A stretch of 58,487 nucleotides of DNA, filler included, from Sphacelaria rigidula (taxonomy: Eukaryota), in the NCBI GenBank assembly GCA_964200075.2. It is 8 parts of 8 records of this genome, joined end to end, with 100 filler letters (N's around TTAATTAATTAA, not from the genome) between each part and the next. Parts side by side here need not be neighbours in the genome. Positions count along the whole stretch, not along the records: positions 36,619 to 43,841 come from CAXNAA020015892.1; positions 43,942 to 51,164 come from CAXNAA020015893.1; 6 more parts are not named here. One strand, 5' to 3'. Below are positions 37,915 to 47,800 of the stretch, one piece after another. The notes below the pieces were generated by a model. That model did not search any database, was not told where the DNA came from, and was given only the letters and a program-made list of their open reading frames with translations. Position numbers and translations under genes: made by a program. The first letter of the stretch is position 1; the number at the start of each line of letters is the position of its first letter.

Positions 37915-39570
37915 GGGTAATGCTATTTCCAAGTCGCGACTTGGAAATAGTAATGTCCACCTCCAGCTGAGATTTGACTACCCGCCCGCCTTCATCTCAT
38001 GTTCCTTGAATCGACATCACAACACTCAAAATACACTCATACAGCCCGTGGCCATCGTTCAAGCCATCGCACGGCGTAGACGGCCTCGTAGCGGTCGAGA
38101 AACGGGCCTACCGCACGGTGCCAAAAAGTACCGCCAACCGACTGGAGGTGGACATACGCTATGTCCACCACCAGCGAGTGGAATACCTGTCCGCGCTGGT
38201 CCCATGTGCCTTGTATCGACACCACAGCACCTGATATACACTCACACATTCCGTAGCCATCGTTCAAGCCATAGCACGGTGCAGACGGCCTCGTAGCGGT
38301 ACAGAAACGCGCCTGCTGCACAGAGCCAAAACATACCGCCACCCGACTGGAGGTGAACATAAGTTATGTCCAAGTCGCGAGTTGGACATGGCCTATCTTA
38401 TGTCCGCGCTAGTCCCACATGCCTTGTATCGACACCACAGCAGCTGCAATACGCTCACACATTCTAAAGCCTCCGTTCAAGCTATTGTGCGGTGCAAACG
38501 GTGTCGTAGCGGACGAGAAACGCGCCTGCTACACACATCGCCAAAAAATACCGCCAACGAACTGGAGTTGGACATCATAAGCTACTACTGTATGCCCAAG
38601 TCCGGCGAGTGCAATACCTACCCGCGTCGTCCCATGTGCCCTGTATCGACACCACAGCAGCTGCAATACACTCATGCAGTCTGTAGCCACCGTTTAAGCC
38701 ATCGTGCCGTGCGAAGGTGGAGCACGCGGGAGCAGTATCACGATGCTGTAGCCTTTGGGACTAAATATAAGTCGCGTTTTTGGCAAAAGCTATGTCCAAG
38801 TCCAGTCCGGTACCGATGTATTGTTTGGCGCTGTGTGCAGCAGGCGCGTTTCTCCTACGCTTCCAGGCCTTTTTCACCCCACGATGACTCTAACGGTGGC
38901 TACGGACTGTGTGAGCGTATTGCAGCTTCTGTGGTGTCGATGCAAGGCACGTGGGACTAGCGCGGACAGATTTTCCACTTGCTGGTGGTGGACATGAGCT
39001 ATGTCCAACTCGCGACTTGGACATAGCTTATGTCCACCTCCAATCGGGTGGCGGTATGTTTTGGCACTGTGCAGCAGGCGCATTTCTGGACCGCTAAGAG
39101 GCCGTCTGCACCGTGCGATGGCTTGAACGATGGCTACTGAATGTAACAATGTTTTCGTGAGATTGAGAGTAGAGCGCTAATTGAGAGTAGCTTCTCTCAT
39201 TTGCTTCAACTTCACTACTTTTTCATTCCGTGTGTCTTTTTTTTTTGCTTCCACCACTGGCGTGTGCTCACAGCTACACGTCGATATCCTTCTCAGGGAT
39301 ACCAAGGGTCTCAGTGGCAAGCTACTACAAAAAAGGTATTGGGCCTCGTGGAGGAGCATTCCGGGACTAAAACGGGTTATTCACGAATTGACAGCTTTTC
39401 ACTCTCAATTGCATCCTCTACTCTCAATCTCACGAAAACCTTGTTATGTGTGAGTGTATATCAGGTGCTGTGGTGTCGATACAAGGCACGGACCAGCGCG
39501 GACAGGTATTCCACTCGCTGGTGGTGGACATGAGCTATGTCCAAGTCGCGACTTGGAAATAGAATTACCC
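37915..39570. mobile_element. Mutator/foldback-like non-autonomous element with palindromic TIRs and ~190-bp internal modules in opposite orientation in each half
   Basis: TIRs GGGTAATGCTATTTCCAAGTCGCGACTTGGA / TCCAAGTCGCGACTTGGAAATAGAATTACCC; 9-bp TSD AATGGGAAA (37906-14) / AGTGGGAAA (39571-79); GGG termini plus 9-bp TSD are typical of MULEs. Confidence 0.85.
39145..39445. mobile_element. 301-bp MITE nested in the Mutator-like element
   Basis: 30-bp TIRs AACAATGTTTTCGTGAGATTGAGAGTAGAG / CTCTACTCTCAATCTCACGAAAACCTTGTT; 4-bp TSD ATGT (39141-44, 39446-49); the host module GAATGTGTGAG is restored on removal. Confidence 0.85.
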
Positions 39571-39719
39571 AGTGGGAAAACATCGATGTACTGGCCGCTG
39601 GCGAGGCCAGTTTCAACTCAAGTGACCAGAGCAACCAGTTCACAGCCCTCGTTCTTACGGGTTTTCACGCTTTTCTTCAGGTCTTTCCATAAGCATATCT
39701 TTATAATGCTGCTTTATTT

Positions 39720-40097
39720 CTGATTCACGAATGGCACCCACAGACGAAAGAGTATCAATAATAGTGAAGAAATTCACTTCTTAACCACCAAAATGTAAAC
39801 TTGAAGAAGAAAATTGTGGAGCTAAAGCAAACATTGTAGCACAAAATGTAGGACCAAAACATACAACAATACCTAAAATCGACGAAGCCAAATCAAAATC
39901 ACCAATGCGATTTACCAGCATTGCTTTAATCGCTGCTTTATTTGTTTGGATACGACTCAACCGGAAGTTAGGAAGAAGGTAAGGGCAAAGACCCACACCT
40001 TGCTAACCAACAAACATTTGGATATAATCGTCACCAGTCACGAAGATAAGCATGAAGAAGTAGATAACGAAAGATAGCTCATAAAACGAGGACGATG
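39720..40097 (-). pseudogene. nad5: NUMT: nuclear copy of an internal fragment of mitochondrial NADH dehydrogenase subunit 5
   Basis: [66 protein letters not shown]...ATMFALAPQF...*EVNFFTII..VGAI: the Nad5 signature ([29 protein letters not shown]) with one frameshift, stops and AT-rich composition. Confidence 0.92.
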
Positions 40098-40201
40098 CTT
40101 CACACCGTTTTAAACCGAATACAAGCGCACCGCAAGTGTGGCAGGTCGTCTGACACACCTATGAGCCTTTTTTGTCGTGCAATCGAATACCCCCCCCCCC
40201 C

Positions 40202-40772
40202 TTGTATCGAACCTGGTTCGGAGAGAACCCGGCGTGCTCTGTTCCGGCTTTGTAGGGGGTGGACCCCCGATGGGGTTGGCGTGGGTCGGCGATGATGCTA
40301 TATAACATGCCACTCACAGCGTAAGCTAGGCAATCAGGTTACCGATTTTGTTTTGCGCTTGCGTTGTTTTGCAATAACCGTGATGGTGGTCAAGCTAGAT
40401 CATGCTGTGGGGGGTGTGAAAAGTCCAACTCCGCGCGAAGGAGATGATCGTACTAGGTAGTGTTGAAATGGTGGGACACCCATGAGGCAGCGTATAGAAG
40501 TCGTGGCTGTCTCTGGAAGTGGCGATACTCAGAAAATGAACCAACTCATTGGAGGCTGTAATTCAAACGCAAGATAATCAGTACGCTTTTGGCCAAACAA
40601 TCTTAGCAGGAGGCAGCTTACCCTTCATGCGACTCGCCGAACACTTCACGTCGCTTCGCGCTTGGTGATTTATTGCAAGCCTGGTCTGGCGAGAACTCGG
40701 CGTGCTCCGTCCCGGCTTTGTAGGAATGCGAAGTCAATTGCCTTATGGCTATGGTAAGCATGATCATGAGTA
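40202..40772 (+). mobile_element. Near-complete ~570-bp copy of the (C)n-associated dispersed repeat with a ~47-bp internal direct repeat
   Basis: Preceded by a C run (40190-40201); CCTGGTYCGGCGARAACCCGGCGTGCTCYGTYCCGGCTTTGTAGG at ~40212 and ~40681; ends ...GATCATGAGTA. Confidence 0.8.
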
Positions 40773-40882
40773 TCGTAGGATGGGTCCACAGTTGTGCGAG
40801 ACGGTGGCACAAGCGTCTCGCCAGTGTTCAGGTCCGATTTTGACAGGTATGGGATGTTTCTGTATCGTGTACTGCATCGCAG

Positions 40883-41008
40883 GGCAAGTACAGTGAGGCG
40901 GAGCCACTGTACGAGCGGTGCCAGGCGATTCAGGAGACGGTTCTCGGCCCGGAGCACCCGTATTTAGCCACCACGCTCCATAATCGTGCCGGGTTGTTGA
41001 AAGCTCAG
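40883..41008 (+). CDS. TPR cassette exon 1 (42 aa, phase 0)
   Basis: CAG|GKYSEAEPLYERCQAIQETVLGPEHPYLATTLHNRAGLLKAQ|GT. Confidence 0.9.
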
Positions 41009-41301
41009 GTGGGAGTCCATGGAATATCCTCGTTGTCGTGCGTGGACGTGTGGACGACGTTGTTGATGTGTTGGGTGGACTTGTGGTCTTGTGGACCAAC
41101 ATGGAGTGACGGGGTGCGTGCGGAGAGGCCGACGCGTTGTACCTGTGAGCTTTCGAGACGGGGCACGATATCGTTGGCCCTGTACACACAGCGTTGACGG
41201 GCTGCACAGCTGTGCGATATAGGGGCGTAAGTGCCTCGCCAGCGATGTAGGTCCGAGGTTGACGGGTATAGCATGCTTCTGTGTCGTACCCTCCATTGCA
41301 G

Positions 41302-41427
41302 GGCAAGTACAGTGAGGCGGAGGCACTGTACGAGTGGTGCCAGGCAATTCAGGAGAAGGTTCTCGGTCCGATGCACCAGTATTTGGCCACCACGCTCGGG
41401 AGCCGTGCAGGGTTATTACAAGCTCAG
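41302..41427 (+). CDS. TPR cassette exon 2
   Basis: CAG|GKYSEAEALYEWCQAIQEKVLGPMHQYLATTLGSRAGLLQAQ|GT. Confidence 0.9.
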
Positions 41428-41731
41428 GTGGGAGCCCATGGAACTTTCTCGTAGTCGTGCGTTGACGTGTGCGTTGACGTGTGGACGACGTTGTTGATGT
41501 GGTTGGGTGGTCTTGTGATTTTGTGGGCCAACGTCGCGTGACGGGGTGCGTACGGAGAGGCCAAGCCGTTGTACCTGTGAGCCGTCGAGATGGGGCACAA
41601 ATTCTTGGCTCGGTACACACAGCGTTGATGGGCTGGACTTTTGTGCGGGACGATGGCGCGAGCGTCTCGCCAGCGGCGTAGGTCGGACTTAGACGGAATA
41701 AGATATTTCTGTGTCGTGTACTGCATTGCAG

Positions 41732-41857
41732 GGCAGGTACAGAGAAGCAGAGCGACTGTACGAGCGGTGCCAGGCGGTGCAGGAGACGGTTCTCGGCCCG
41801 GAGCACCCAAGCTTGGCTATCACGCTCGGGAACCGTGCGAGGTTGTTAGAAGCCCAG
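41732..41857 (+). CDS. TPR cassette exon 3
   Basis: CAG|GRYREAERLYERCQAVQETVLGPEHPSLAITLGNRARLLEAQ|GT. Confidence 0.9.
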
Positions 41858-42134
41858 GTGAGGGTCGATGGAACTTCGGCTTGGTCGTGTGTCCACGTGT
41901 GGATGACCTCGTGGAGGTGGTTGGTTGGTCTTGCGGGTCTTGTGGGTCAACATTGAGTGACCGGGTGCGTACGGAGAAGTCAAGCCGTTGCATCTGTGAC
42001 GTGTCGAGATGGGACAGTATTCTTGGCTCTCTACGCACAGCATTGTCCGCCTGCGGAGCTGGCGGGGACGGTGCCGCTCGCGTCTCGCCAGCATTGTACG
42101 TCCGACGTCGGCAGCGTCGCGTTCTGCGTTGCAG

Positions 42135-42260
42135 GGCAAATACAGTGAGGCTGAGTCACTGTACGAGCGGTGCCAGGCAATCAAGGAGAAGGTTCTCGGC
42201 CCAGAACATCCGAGCTTCGCCGCAACACTCCACAACCGTGCAGGGTTGTTGGAAGCTCAG
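42135..42260 (+). CDS. TPR cassette exon 4
   Basis: CAG|GKYSEAESLYERCQAIKEKVLGPEHPSFAATLHNRAGLLEAQ|GT. Confidence 0.9.
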
Positions 42261-42553
42261 GTGAGAGGCGTTTGAACTTCCTCGTAGTCGTGTGTGCACG
42301 TGTGGGCGACGTTGTTGATGTGATGGAGTGATCTTGCGATCTTGTACACCAAGATGGGGTGACGGGGTGCGTGCGGAGGAGCCAAGTCGTTGTACCTGTG
42401 AGCCGTATAGATTGGGCAAAGTATTCTTGGTCCGGTACACACAGCGTTGACGGGCTGGACAGCTGTGCGAAACGATGGCGCAAGTATCTCACCAGCGTTG
42501 TAGGTCCGATCTGGGCAGACATGAAATGTGTGGAATTGTGCACTGCATCGCAG

Positions 42554-42679
42554 GGCAAGTACAGTGAGGCGGAGCCACTGTACGAGCAGTGCCAGGCAAT
42601 TCAGGAGAAGGTTCTTGGCTCGGAGCACCCGTATGTGGCCACGACGCTCCACAACCGTGCGGGGTTATTGGAATCTCAG
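42554..42679 (+). CDS. TPR cassette exon 5
   Basis: CAG|GKYSEAEPLYEQCQAIQEKVLGSEHPYVATTLHNRAGLLESQ|GT. Confidence 0.9.
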
Positions 42680-42970
42680 GTGAGAGCCGTTGGACCACCC
42701 TCGTAGTCGTGTGTGCACGTGTGGACGACGTTTTCCATTTTGGGGGTCTTGCGGACTTGTGGACCAACGTGGAGTGGCGGGGTGCGTGTGGAGAGGCCAA
42801 ATCGTGGTCGCTGTGAGCCGCCGAGGTGGGGCACAGTATCCTCGGCCCGGTACACACACCGAGTTGACGGACTGTAAACCTGTACGGGACGGTGGCATAA
42901 GAGTCACGTCAGCGTTGTAGCTTCGACTTGAGCAGACATGGAATGTGTCGCATTGTGCACTGCATCGCAG

Positions 42971-43096
42971 GGCAAGTACAATAAGGCGGAGCCACTGTAC
43001 GAGCGGTGCCAGGCAATTCAAGAGAAGGTTCTTGGCCCGGAGCACCCCTATGTGGCCACGACGCTCCACAACCGTGCGGGGTTGTTGCAAGCTCAG
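42971..43096 (+). CDS. TPR cassette exon 6
   Basis: CAG|GKYNKAEPLYERCQAIQEKVLGPEHPYVATTLHNRAGLLQAQ|GT. Confidence 0.9.
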
Positions 43097-43397
43097 GTGA
43101 GAGCCGATAGAACTTCCTCGTGGTCGTGTGTTGACGTGTGGATGTTATTGATGTGGTACTGTAGGATGGTCTTGTAGTCTTGTGGTCCTGTGGGCCAACG
43201 TGGAGTGACAGGGTGCGTAGAGAAAGGCCGAGCCGTTGTACCTTTGACCTGTCGGGATGGGGCACCGTGTTTTTGGCCCTGTACCCACGGTGTTGATGAG
43301 CTGTACAACTGTGCGAGACGGTGACGCGAGCGGTACGTCCGCGGTGTAGGTCTGACGTCGACAGAGATGATATCCTGCGCGATGTACGGCATCGCAG

Positions 43398-43523
43398 GGC
43401 AAGTACGGTGAGGCGGAGCCACTGTACGAGCGGTGCCAGGCGATTCAAGAGAAGGTTCTCGGCCAGGAGCACCCGTATTTGGCCACCACTCTCCACAACC
43501 GTGCGGGGTTGTTGCAAGCTCAG
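43398..43523 (+). CDS. TPR cassette exon 7
   Basis: CAG|GKYGEAEPLYERCQAIQEKVLGQEHPYLATTLHNRAGLLQAQ|GT. Confidence 0.9.
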
Positions 43524-44189
43524 GTGGGAGCCCATGGAACTTCATCGCAGTCGGGTGTTGACGTATGGACGAGGTTGTTGATGTGGTTAGGTGGTCGTTT
43601 GGTCTTGTGGGCCAACGTTGAGTGATGGGGTGCGTGTGTAGAGGCCAAGCCGTTTCACTTGTGAGGCATCGAGATAACAGAAAAGTCTATAAAATGAGGT
43701 TCATCAATGAAATGAGGTTCGAGCCCAAAACAGTACTTTCTCCACCCTTTCAGCGATGGTGCCCGATGACTTTTTTGTCGGCCTAATGCCCCTCGATCGC
43801 GTAGATACTTTTTCAGCGCATACTACCGACTCTGTGAGCTTNNNNNNNNNNNNNNNNNNNNNNNNNNNNNNNNNNNNNNNNNNNNTTAATTAATTAANNN
43901 NNNNNNNNNNNNNNNNNNNNNNNNNNNNNNNNNNNNNNNNNAGTCAACTTATTACACTAAAACCAAGTAATTTCCTGACGAATCATTATTTGTCCCAACC
44001 GTGAAAAGATGCAAGTTCGGCCAAACACGAAACTGTGACCTACGGGAAACGCAAAGGTGCTCTGGAACGGTCTCAGCGAGTAGAGCAAGTTATCCCAAGG
44101 TGTCAACATCCGCCTAGCACTTTTTTCGGGCGAAAAACGACGGAGCAGGGCCAAAAATGCACTTTTCAACAGCCTAAATTTTTTTTATA

Positions 44190-44815
44190 CGTGAGAAGTA
44201 GGTCCAGTATGGAGAACCACAGAGGTATGCTGGGAAAAAAAGAAGTGGACCTTCATTTTTTTTGGGGGGGGGAGCGGTTCGGGTCATCACGTAAAAAATT
44301 GGCGTTCTCACAATAGATCGCCCTGAACCAGTAAACCCCCCCCGTCAAACTGACCCATTTTTTTTCGGTTCGGTATGCCCCAGCGAGGTCCCACACAAAA
44401 TTTCGATACACAAACACCGAACGTGGGTCGGTAAGTGGCCTGCAAAATACTGCTCCAAATTTCTACCGACCCGATTACTAAACGGCACATTCTCCCTTCA
44501 ATTTTTAGGGTTGGCCCCTGAAAGTTTGGTATGGACAATGAATAGGGCATCATAGAGAAAATTATTTATCAACCCAAATATAATTTTTCTTCATGAGAAA
44601 GAGGCCATGATCACTTTTCAGGTCTCAGTAAAATGCCGTTAAATCATGGAAAAAAATCTTCGGGTAGATATCTATATATCTGTATATATTCATGTATTTA
44701 TTATTCCCTACTCATTGTCCATATCAACTTTCAGCGGCCAACTCTAAAAATCGAAAAGAGAATGAGGCTGCAAACTACAAATCGGTTTCTAGGCTGGCTG
44801 GCTCAGCTCGTATGA
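44190..44815 (+). mobile_element. Third copy of the ~600-bp repeat seen at 18880 and 20150
   Basis: Shared motifs; ~55-bp inverted repeat 44492-44548 vs 44706-44760; further 3'-end fragments on the minus strand at ~18260, ~47990-48075 and ~51121. Confidence 0.6.
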
Positions 44816-47800
44816 CATTCTTCTCCCAATATTCGCCTTAGAGTAAGGCAATGTTGCGCCAAAATATAGAAGAAGCATTTTTCGGAACATAATCTGACCG
44901 CTTTTCCCTCGAGTCCGCCCTGCTGTAGCGCACAGTATCAGATATAGCGACGGGGAACGGTTGGCTGTGGTTCGCATAATATATGACCGTAGTTTCAGCG
45001 CCTTGCAGCGGCTACAGCGCGCGTAAAGCCGTGCGTCATGAACTGCGCACCTCTTCAGGCTGTACGCCGATCGGTACACTACCGATGGTCATGATCCAGA
45101 AAGGCTCGCAGTACAGACCGGTGTCAGTTTGCTACCACACCGGCCGCCCAGGCGCTCAAGATGTTGAAGCTAGTGGATCGCGCGTGCGTATATGCATTCA
45201 TCTCTAATGCAGGGAGTCTGGACCGCGGGATAGCCGTGTTGTGGGCGCATCGACGGCATTCCCCGCAATTGCTTGTGGCCATGTTAGTAGTTTGTGCGGG
45301 GCCCAATGGTGCGGGCGCTTGGCGCATATGTTGCCTGTGATGTGTCCGACTCATACGCAAAATTTAATGAGGGAATGCGAAGTCGCAGGCGAGAAATCCA
45401 CAACAAAATTTGCTCTGAAAAGTGGGAATTTACCGTGGAAAAGTATCCAAATAAACATGAGATGCGGTTACGCCCTGGTTACGCCGCATATGAGATGCGG
45501 TTATGCCGTATTACGGTACGGGTACTGCAATACTGTATTACAGTACGGTCAAATGCAACACGCAGTACAGACAGTACATTGCATCAGCAATCATACTGCA
45601 CTTATAATATAATAATGGTCGGGACGAAGTTTTCAAATTGAAAGCCACCAGGTGCGCCGCCAGGTATGCATGCAAACGATCACGCCGTTCTCATTTGTGC
45701 CGAAAGGAAATAAGATACTTCTTCTTCAGGCGGATTGCACGGTCCATATACTACACCCTCGGCGTGGTGACGGGCGGGACCGCGAACCGTGGCCACCACC
45801 TATCGGCGTACCATGAGGCCCGCAAGGCACCCCTGCCGAGCAACACCATGCACACCACCGAACGCGGGACATGATCACGCTCTCAACCTGCAACTTGTGC
45901 CGACGATCCAGCCTTAATCATAGCCCTTCAGATGTGCCGCGTGTTGGGTCGTAGGTCCTTCCCAAGGTACTCCTCGCTCGTGTGGATTATACCTACTTTG
46001 GGGATGCTCCAAGCTGATATTTTATACGATGACTTTTGTACGCGAAAATCCGGATGATTTTTACTCTTTCTTTCTTTTGGCGCAACACTGAAGGCGGATC
46101 AACGTTCGTCATGAATACTCCAGTAACTACAAATTCGCCGAGCTCTTGCAGAGCATTTAACTATCCAACAAAGTGACACGTTATACAAGTCTAGTTCCAC
46201 GCCAGAAAATCAGTAGTACGACAGCAGTACTGTTGTGAGCACAGGACGGCGCCCACAGCTCTGAGAACACAGTACTAATTTAGTCAAGTCCGGCAGATAG
46301 GAGTCGTGTAGCAACCGCTTGCGATCTGTGCAGTGACATTCCTCCCGTACCATGTGATCCTTCCATCTAGGGTCGATGCTTTCTGCGCCAGCTGTCCGTC
46401 CTGATTGTGATGTCCCCTCTTCCCACAGCGGCCTCTTGTCTGGGCTTATTACACTTGAGACTGTGGGGCATGGCTGCTTCAACTGGAGTGCTACAACCGG
46501 TGATATATAAGGAAAGTAATCGAGAAACAAGCCTGCGTATCACAGTGTTACGCCGATAGAAAAAAAAATCAAAACCAGCCCGCATGCAAGAATTATTGTG
46601 CACGAAATGAGACATTACGGTGGCGTATAGTTAGCGAAGGCTCAGCGCCAAATCTCTATTTTTTGGGCGACTGGAACGTTCTATGGCTTGAAAGAACCGC
46701 ATGGATAAGGGTGTCACGCTGGAGAAACCAAAACGGAAAAACATATTTTCGTAATGAGTTATGCCTTAATATCCATGATTTTGGACGTTACTGTTGGGCT
46801 GGCTCGGGGCGGATCGCGCCGAGGGGATTTTTGATTGATTGTCGCACTTTATCTGACCCCCCAGGGGTCCAGCCGTGGTCTCCTGATAAGAGAGCACAAT
46901 GATTTGCGTCGTTTCGACATTGCATCGGTGTAGACACCGACCATATCCGTAGCCTCTTCATGTGTAACACCCGTGATGCAAGATTTAAATACGAGACAAC
47001 ACTCGTTCCATCCTTCGACTGCACTGTCCCGCGCTTGCTGTCAGTGGTGCGTTTCCCGTCAGGTAACCGCAGGGATGGGCGCCGAGGGGTGTCGCGGATG
47101 ACCTACATAAGCTCGGAATGGCGCCAGGCCGGGTACGGTATTCGTTCCTAACCATGCTGAGCGAATTGGTCACCCGTTTTTGAAGCGATGGTTAGGAAAC
47201 TGGATGTAGATTTTTGCGGCTATTATGACGTAGTCGGTGACAAAGGGTCTACTGGGCGTCCTTTGCTGTGCGATGATGCGGATGCAAGCGCACGCCATAG
47301 CCCGCTGTCGATCGACGCCGGAGTGGAATCCGTTCTGGCGCAGCCTCTTAGAATGCACCTCGTATTTGTTTTTGTCATGGCTACGGTTTGAGGGCTATGT
47401 GAAAATATGTTCGAGAGTCAGGTCCTTACTGGCGACGGTGAAGGCAGTACATATGGTGGACTTCTTCTGGAAGAACCCTGTAGGGTACATCGTCTTCATT
47501 CATGGTGCTTACAAGGGGAAAAATAAGAAATGTATTTCAACCGCAAATGCCCTTTCCAACCACCGCTGACGTGATCGGAGCACGTCTCCATGCTCCGGCA
47601 GAGGACCGGACTGGAATTTTCGCCACACATGATGGTGTGCGGCGTAGCATGCCAAAACAATTTCCCTCTTCCCGCGCATGTGCCAGTGACCAGCATGTTC
47701 GCAAATATCTGTATGCCTTACTATTGTAGGGGGGCGATGCTCTTGCTCACATTCGTCTCCCACACATAAGTTGTAGCAATCGTGTAAGTCTTCTTCGGAG

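Larger units (their letters stand above)
40780..43675 (+). repeat. Tandem array of seven ~420-bp TPR exon+intron cassettes
   Basis: Exon starts spaced 419, 430, 403, 419, 417, 427 bp; introns alignable over their whole length. Confidence 0.97.

Noticed and set aside
40670-43545. Long minus-strand ORFs over the TPR array (e.g. 40964-41806, 42909-43535)
   Set aside because: Antisense shadows of GC-rich repeats; splice signals and the TPR consensus are on the plus strand
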